From Octopus sinensis (Eukaryota), in NCBI RefSeq assembly GCF_006345805.1, contig NC_042997.1:71486001-71550000 (forward strand): a stretch of 64,000 nt of DNA. Reading direction: 5' to 3'. Made by a program: the position numbers and the translations under genes. The notes under the pieces were generated by a model, which was not told the DNA's origin, made no database searches, and saw nothing but the letters and a program-made list of their open reading frames with translations. Positions 63,011 through 64,000 of this stretch are shown one piece after another. Every line of letters begins with the position of its first letter. Position 1 is the first letter of the stretch.

Positions 63011-63359
63011 ATAACACCTGAATTTAACTACACACTATCTGTTATACAAAAACATTTTACTAAACCCTTGAATTTCTACATTTATAAGTAGGCTGTAACA
63101 TCCTTGGTACTTATGTGAATTCTTTGCTACCCTGGTAACTATTTATTTATTTTTTCGTGTTATTTGTACACATTGAAAAAATACACATACATTTACATAT
63201 ATACATATAAACCTATAGATATATATACATCTATACATATACATCTATATATACACATATATATAGACATATATATACACATATACATATATACATATAC
63301 ACCTATATATATATATATATATATATACGTGTATATATATATATATACGTGTATATATA

Positions 63360-63799
63360 TCTCTCTATATATAAACGGCAGTTTGTCTGTGTGTGTGTCT
63401 GTGTGTCTGTCAGGTTGTACCCTCACCCTGACCACGGCTTTCAACTGATTCTGATGAAACTTGACACACACATAGCCCAATGTCATAATTCAAAACTAAC
63501 GCAGCGAAAATTTTGAAAAGTTCCCACAGTTCTGAACAAAATCGATAAATTCGACATGGGGTCGAGAATCTAAGCTTTTTATATGCAACACATTTTCTGT
63601 CTAGGGGACACAACTCGACCTTTTTATCGCCCAAAGGGACAGCTAGGAACAGCGTATACACAGAAGTATTCGAGTGAAGAGAAGACATTGCAACCTACAC
63701 ATGCGCCTTCGTTCCCTAGAGGGAAAGGACTAGATTGGGATTAGTCGTTGCCTACTAGGGGCTCTTACATACCCGGGCAACGCCGGGCTATGCTGCTAG
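63360..63799 (+). mobile_element. Non-autonomous Helitron/DINE-1-like element in (TA)n
   Basis: 5' TC, 3' hairpin cccgggcaacgccggg plus CTAG followed by T. Confidence 0.75.
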
Positions 63800-64000
63800 T
63801 ATATATATATACGTGTGTATATATATATATATATACGTGTGTATATATATATATATATAAATTAACACAATATATCTGATTAATTATATCTGTTATGATT
63901 GAGCGGTGGTGGTGGTGGTGGTGGGCGATGATAATTTACACCGTTCTAAAAGACCTGTGGCGGGAATATTTAAACTTTTGCGGCTGTCAACGCTTTCTCT

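Noticed and set aside
433-63688. Dozens of ORF-track entries made of poly-I/Y, C/V, H/T, L, S or N runs
   Set aside because: They are translations of (AT)n, (GT)n, (TAA)n, (CTT)n and similar microsatellites, with no evidence of coding.
1-64000. CRISPR array, rRNA, LTR retrotransposon
   Set aside because: No repeat-spacer periodicity, no rRNA-like sequence, and no LTR pair or integrase motifs were seen.

Overview
AT-rich, microsatellite-dense animal genomic DNA. The SINE families resemble those I recall from Octopus genomes (inference, not a database result). One host gene is well supported: a + strand SOHLH2-like bHLH transcription factor with nine phase-compatible GT-AG exons (41294-58071; start codon not fixed), whose N-terminal half reads as a degenerate response-regulator receiver-like fold. 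The rest is mostly mobile DNA: a full-length Tx1/L1-clade LINE with TSD (21221-26538), three truncated or deleted relatives, ORF1-only elements of the same family, many tRNA-derived SINEs, two R4/Dong-like RLE retroelements, RTE and CR1-like fragments, Penelope-like remnants, two mariners, hAT elements and two non-autonomous Helitrons. The main unexplained structure is a linked retroelement set. The Tx1 LINEs, an intact ORF1-only element and one SINE variant share a ~45-nt 3' tail with a covarying hairpin, and four Tx1-family insertions sit inside copies of that SINE family, all co-oriented with the SINE. Separately, four hammerhead-ribozyme-like motifs occur, one inside a TSD-flanked tRNA-headed SINE. 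Coordinates marked ~ were read by eye and are approximate.
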